64,000 nucleotides of DNA from Actinomycetota bacterium (GTDB taxonomy: Bacteria; Actinomycetota; Thermoleophilia; Solirubrobacterales; 70-9): assembly GCA_018268605.1 (NCBI GenBank), contig JAFDWG010000315.1, forward strand, positions 2,127-66,126, written 5' to 3'. Each line of letters starts with the position of its first letter. Within the stretch, counting starts at the first letter, position 1. Below, one piece after another: positions 61,728-64,000 of the stretch. The translations under genes were made by a program, and so were the position numbers. Under the pieces are notes generated by a model. The model saw only the letters and a program-made list of their open reading frames with translations, had not been told where the DNA came from and ran no database searches.

Positions 61728-62456
61728 ATGGCCCACGGCAAACGCTTCCGCATGCAGCACCAGAAAGTCCAGCGCGACCGGCTCTACCCGCCGGCCGAGG
61801 CGATTGCCCTGATCAAGGAGACGGCCAGCGCCAAATTCGACGAGACGGTCGAGCTCCACGTCCTGCTCGGCGTCAACGTCCGCCACGCCGACGAACAGCT
61901 GCGCGGCACCCTCGCCCTTCCGCATGGGCTCGGTAAAGACGTCTCGGTCGCGGTCTTCGCCCAGGGCGAAAAGGCGCGTGACGCCGAAGCCGCCGGCGCC
62001 GATTTCGTCGGCGCGCAGGACCTCGCCGAGAAAATTCAGGGCGGTTGGACCGACTTCGACGTCGCCATCGCGACCCCGGACATGATGCCCGTGGTCGGCC
62101 AGCTCGGCCGCATCCTCGGCCCCCAGGGCAAGATGCCGAACCCCAAAGTGGGCACGGTCACGGAAGAGATCGAAAAAGCCGTCCAGGACTCGAAGTCGGG
62201 CAAAGTCGAATACCGCACCGACCGCCAGGCCATCGTCCACATGGCGATCGGTAAGGCCTCGTTCGACGACGACAAGCTGCTCGACAACTACCAGGCCGTG
62301 ATGGACGAGATCGTCCGCGCCAAGCCCGCGGGCGCCAAAGGCAAATACATCCGCTCGGCGACCGTCGCCACCACGATGGGCCCGGGCGTCCGCGTCGACA
62401 CCGGCAAAGGCGTCGACCGCGAGCTCGCCGTCGCCGCGGAGCCCGCCACGGCCTGA
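61728..62456 (+). CDS. rplA: 50S ribosomal protein L1
   Basis: [31 protein letters not shown]...[11 protein letters not shown]. Confidence 0.95.
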   Translation: MAHGKRFRMQHQKVQRDRLYPPAEAIALIKETASAKFDETVELHVLLGVNVRHADEQLRGTLALPHGLGKDVSVAVFAQGEKARDAEAAGADFVGAQDLAEKIQGGWTDFDVAIATPDMMPVVGQLGRILGPQGKMPNPKVGTVTEEIEKAVQDSKSGKVEYRTDRQAIVHMAIGKASFDDDKLLDNYQAVMDEIVRAKPAGAKGKYIRSATVATTMGPGVRVDTGKGVDRELAVAAEPATA

Positions 62457-62548
62457 CCCCCAGCTGCAGGGCGATGCTCTACACTGCGTCGCCGCCCACC
62501 TGAGACCACCGGCATGGCGCTGCCCGTAAGCCCGGTGTAGGAGAGACG
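62457..62548 (+). promoter_or_regulatory. Possible rplJ (L10) leader
   Basis: 92-nt untranslated spacer before rplJ, at the position of the autoregulatory L10 leader in other bacteria. I did not verify the structure. Confidence 0.25.
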
Positions 62549-63259
62549 ATGAACCGCGAGGAAAAGTCCCAGAACATCCAAGAGGTCGCTGCGCAGATCG
62601 AAGGCGCCGAAGCGATCTTTGCCATCGACTTCCGCGGGATCAGCGTTCCGCAGGCGGCCGAGCTCCGCGGCAAACTGCGTGAGACCGACTCGAGCTTCCG
62701 CGTCGTCAAGAATCGTCTGACGAAACGCGCCGCCGAGCAGGTGGGGGAGGACCGGCTCGCCGAGCTGCTGGTCGGGCCGACCGCGTTGACCTTTGTCCGC
62801 GGTGACACGGCGGCCGCCGCGAAAGCGATCACGAGCTTCAACAAAGAGCACGACGTCCTCACCTACAAGGGTGGGTTGATGGGCGAAACGGTGCTCGACG
62901 AAGCGGCCTTCAAATCGATCGCCCGCCTGCCCTCGCGCGAAGTCCTGGTCGGCCAGTTCGCCGGCATCGTCGCCAGCCCGCTGACCGGCATCGTCCGCGG
63001 CCTGAACGCGCTGATCCAGGGGCTCGCCACGCAGCTCGGCCAGATCGCCGAGCAAGGGCTCGTGACGGGGGAGGCTCCCGCGGCCGCGCCGGCCGAGGAG
63101 GCACCCGCCGCAGAGACTTCCACAGAGGATCAGCCCGCCGCCGAGGAGTCCGCGGCCGAGGGCGAGGAAGCACCGAAAGCTGAGCAAGAGTCGTCCGACC
63201 CGGCCGCCCCCGGAGGCGAAGCCGAGGAGGCGGACGGCACTAATGAGGAAGAGGGGTAG
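62549..63259 (+). CDS. rplJ: 50S ribosomal protein L10 with a ~65-aa acidic Pro/Ala/Glu-rich C-terminal tail
   Basis: The L10 core (FRVVKNRLTKRA...) is followed by GEAPAAAPAEEAPAAETSTEDQPAAEESAAEGEEAPKAEQESSDPAAPGGEAEEADGTNEEEG. Confidence 0.9.
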   Translation: MNREEKSQNIQEVAAQIEGAEAIFAIDFRGISVPQAAELRGKLRETDSSFRVVKNRLTKRAAEQVGEDRLAELLVGPTALTFVRGDTAAAAKAITSFNKEHDVLTYKGGLMGETVLDEAAFKSIARLPSREVLVGQFAGIVASPLTGIVRGLNALIQGLATQLGQIAEQGLVTGEAPAAAPAEEAPAAETSTEDQPAAEESAAEGEEAPKAEQESSDPAAPGGEAEEADGTNEEEG

Positions 63260-63265
63260 CACCAG

Positions 63266-63655
63266 ATGGCAACTTCAACTGCTGAGTGGATCGAGGAGCT
63301 GAAAGGCATCTCCGTCCTCGAGCTCTCCGAGCGCATCAAAGCCCTCGAGGAGGAGTTCGGCGTCTCCGCGACCGCCGTCGCGGCTGCCGCTCCGGCCGCC
63401 GGTGGCGGAGGTGGTGGCGATGAGGGTGGCGCGGCCGAAGAGTCCGGCACCGTCGACGTCGTGATCACCGAGGTCGGTGGCCAGAAAGTCCCGGTCATCA
63501 AAGTCGTCCGCAACGCGACCGGCCTCGGCCTCAAAGAGGCGAAGGCTGTCGTCGACGCGGCTCCGGGCCCGGTCAAAGAGGGCGTCGAGCGCGACGAGGG
63601 CGAGAAACTCAAAGCTGAACTCGAGGAGGCGGGCGCGACCGTCGAGCTCAAATAG
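63266..63655 (+). CDS. rplL: 50S ribosomal protein L7/L12
   Basis: [27 protein letters not shown]...[24 protein letters not shown]. Confidence 0.95.
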   Translation: MATSTAEWIEELKGISVLELSERIKALEEEFGVSATAVAAAAPAAGGGGGGDEGGAAEESGTVDVVITEVGGQKVPVIKVVRNATGLGLKEAKAVVDAAPGPVKEGVERDEGEKLKAELEEAGATVELK

Positions 63656-63670
63656 CCGACGCTTCGCGTC

Positions 63671-63736
63671 TTGCGACTGCAGCCCAGTCGCAGAGCCAAA
63701 CTTGCGGCCGGGGAATAGCGCATGCTATTTTCCCCG
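63671..63736 (+). terminator. Two hairpins in the rplL-rpoB spacer (attenuator/terminator)
   Basis: TGCGACTG-CAGCC-CAGTCGCA (63671-63691), and CCGGGGAATAGC-GCAT-GCTATTTTCCCCGG (63707-63736) followed by a T-rich stretch. Confidence 0.5.
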
Positions 63737-63816
63737 GTCGCGCGCTTTTCTGAGTACGCCTGCCCGCCGCACGGGCCTTTTTCACCATCCCTCTGACTGC
63801 CCGAGGAGTCGCCGAC

Positions 63817-64000
63817 TTGGCACGTTCCAACGCTGCCCCAGTAACCCGTAGGAGCTTTTCCCGCCTAGAGAACCCTCTCGAAGTACCCCATCTCATCGAC
63901 ATCCAGCGTCGTTCCTTCGAGGAACTGACCGATCCGGTGAACGGTGGGCTGCGCGAGACGATCAACGACATCTCCCCGATCGAGGACTACACGGGGAACC
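63817..64000 (+). CDS. rpoB: DNA-directed RNA polymerase beta subunit, N-terminal fragment (runs off the window)
   Basis: The TTG at 63817 lies 7 nt after GAGGAG. (M)ARSNAAPVTRRSFSRLENPLEVPHLIDIQRRSFEELTD...ISPIEDYTGN. Confidence 0.85.
   Translation, partial: MARSNAAPVTRRSFSRLENPLEVPHLIDIQRRSFEELTDPVNGGLRETINDISPIEDYTGN

Overview
High-GC (about 70%) actinobacterial-type chromosomal segment, dense with genes and with no intact mobile element, CRISPR array or rRNA. Some protein motifs recall Thermoleophilia or Conexibacter-like genomes, but that is inference only.

Layout from left to right:
- (1) 0-3 kb: small redox genes, tRNA-Tyr, and an SDR/MerR pair.
- (2) 3.2-8.0 kb, minus strand: an extracytoplasmic copper module with a Trx-fold lipoprotein, a NosD-like beta-helix protein, a cupredoxin, a Tat-dependent two-domain multicopper oxidase and a cupredoxin-Ig protein.
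- (3) 8-13 kb: cupins, Ohr, a decayed RTX-type gene, tRNA-Thr and decayed gene remnants.
- (4) 13-44 kb: a large acyl-CoA catabolic island. It holds 2 CoA ligases, 2 non-canonical thiolase-fold proteins plus a tandem DUF35 protein, crotonase, MaoC, a true thiolase, 2 ACADs, an LLM oxidoreductase, 2 cyclase-family proteins, BCCP plus biotin carboxylase with a distant HMGL-type carboxyltransferase, a P450, 5 SDRs, DUF59, an amidohydrolase, a TetR gene and an ABC importer.
- (5) 44-59.9 kb: a LysR/monooxygenase/hydrolase unit, three orphan small genes, a PD40 propeller protein, a Tyr-phosphatase, gene scars, a GNAT-DUF429 fusion, a PQQ-propeller lipoprotein, a two-component system with an ABC-2 exporter, and a collagen-like protein.
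- (6) 60-64 kb: the conserved rpmG-secE-nusG-rplKAJL-rpoB region.

The most interesting signal I can read directly is an ACCAAnCG-centred palindromic box. It occurs 11 times, in front of essentially every transcription unit of the island, which suggests a single and apparently undescribed TetR-type regulon.

All calls rest on reading translations and motifs by eye; no database search was possible, and start codons are best guesses.
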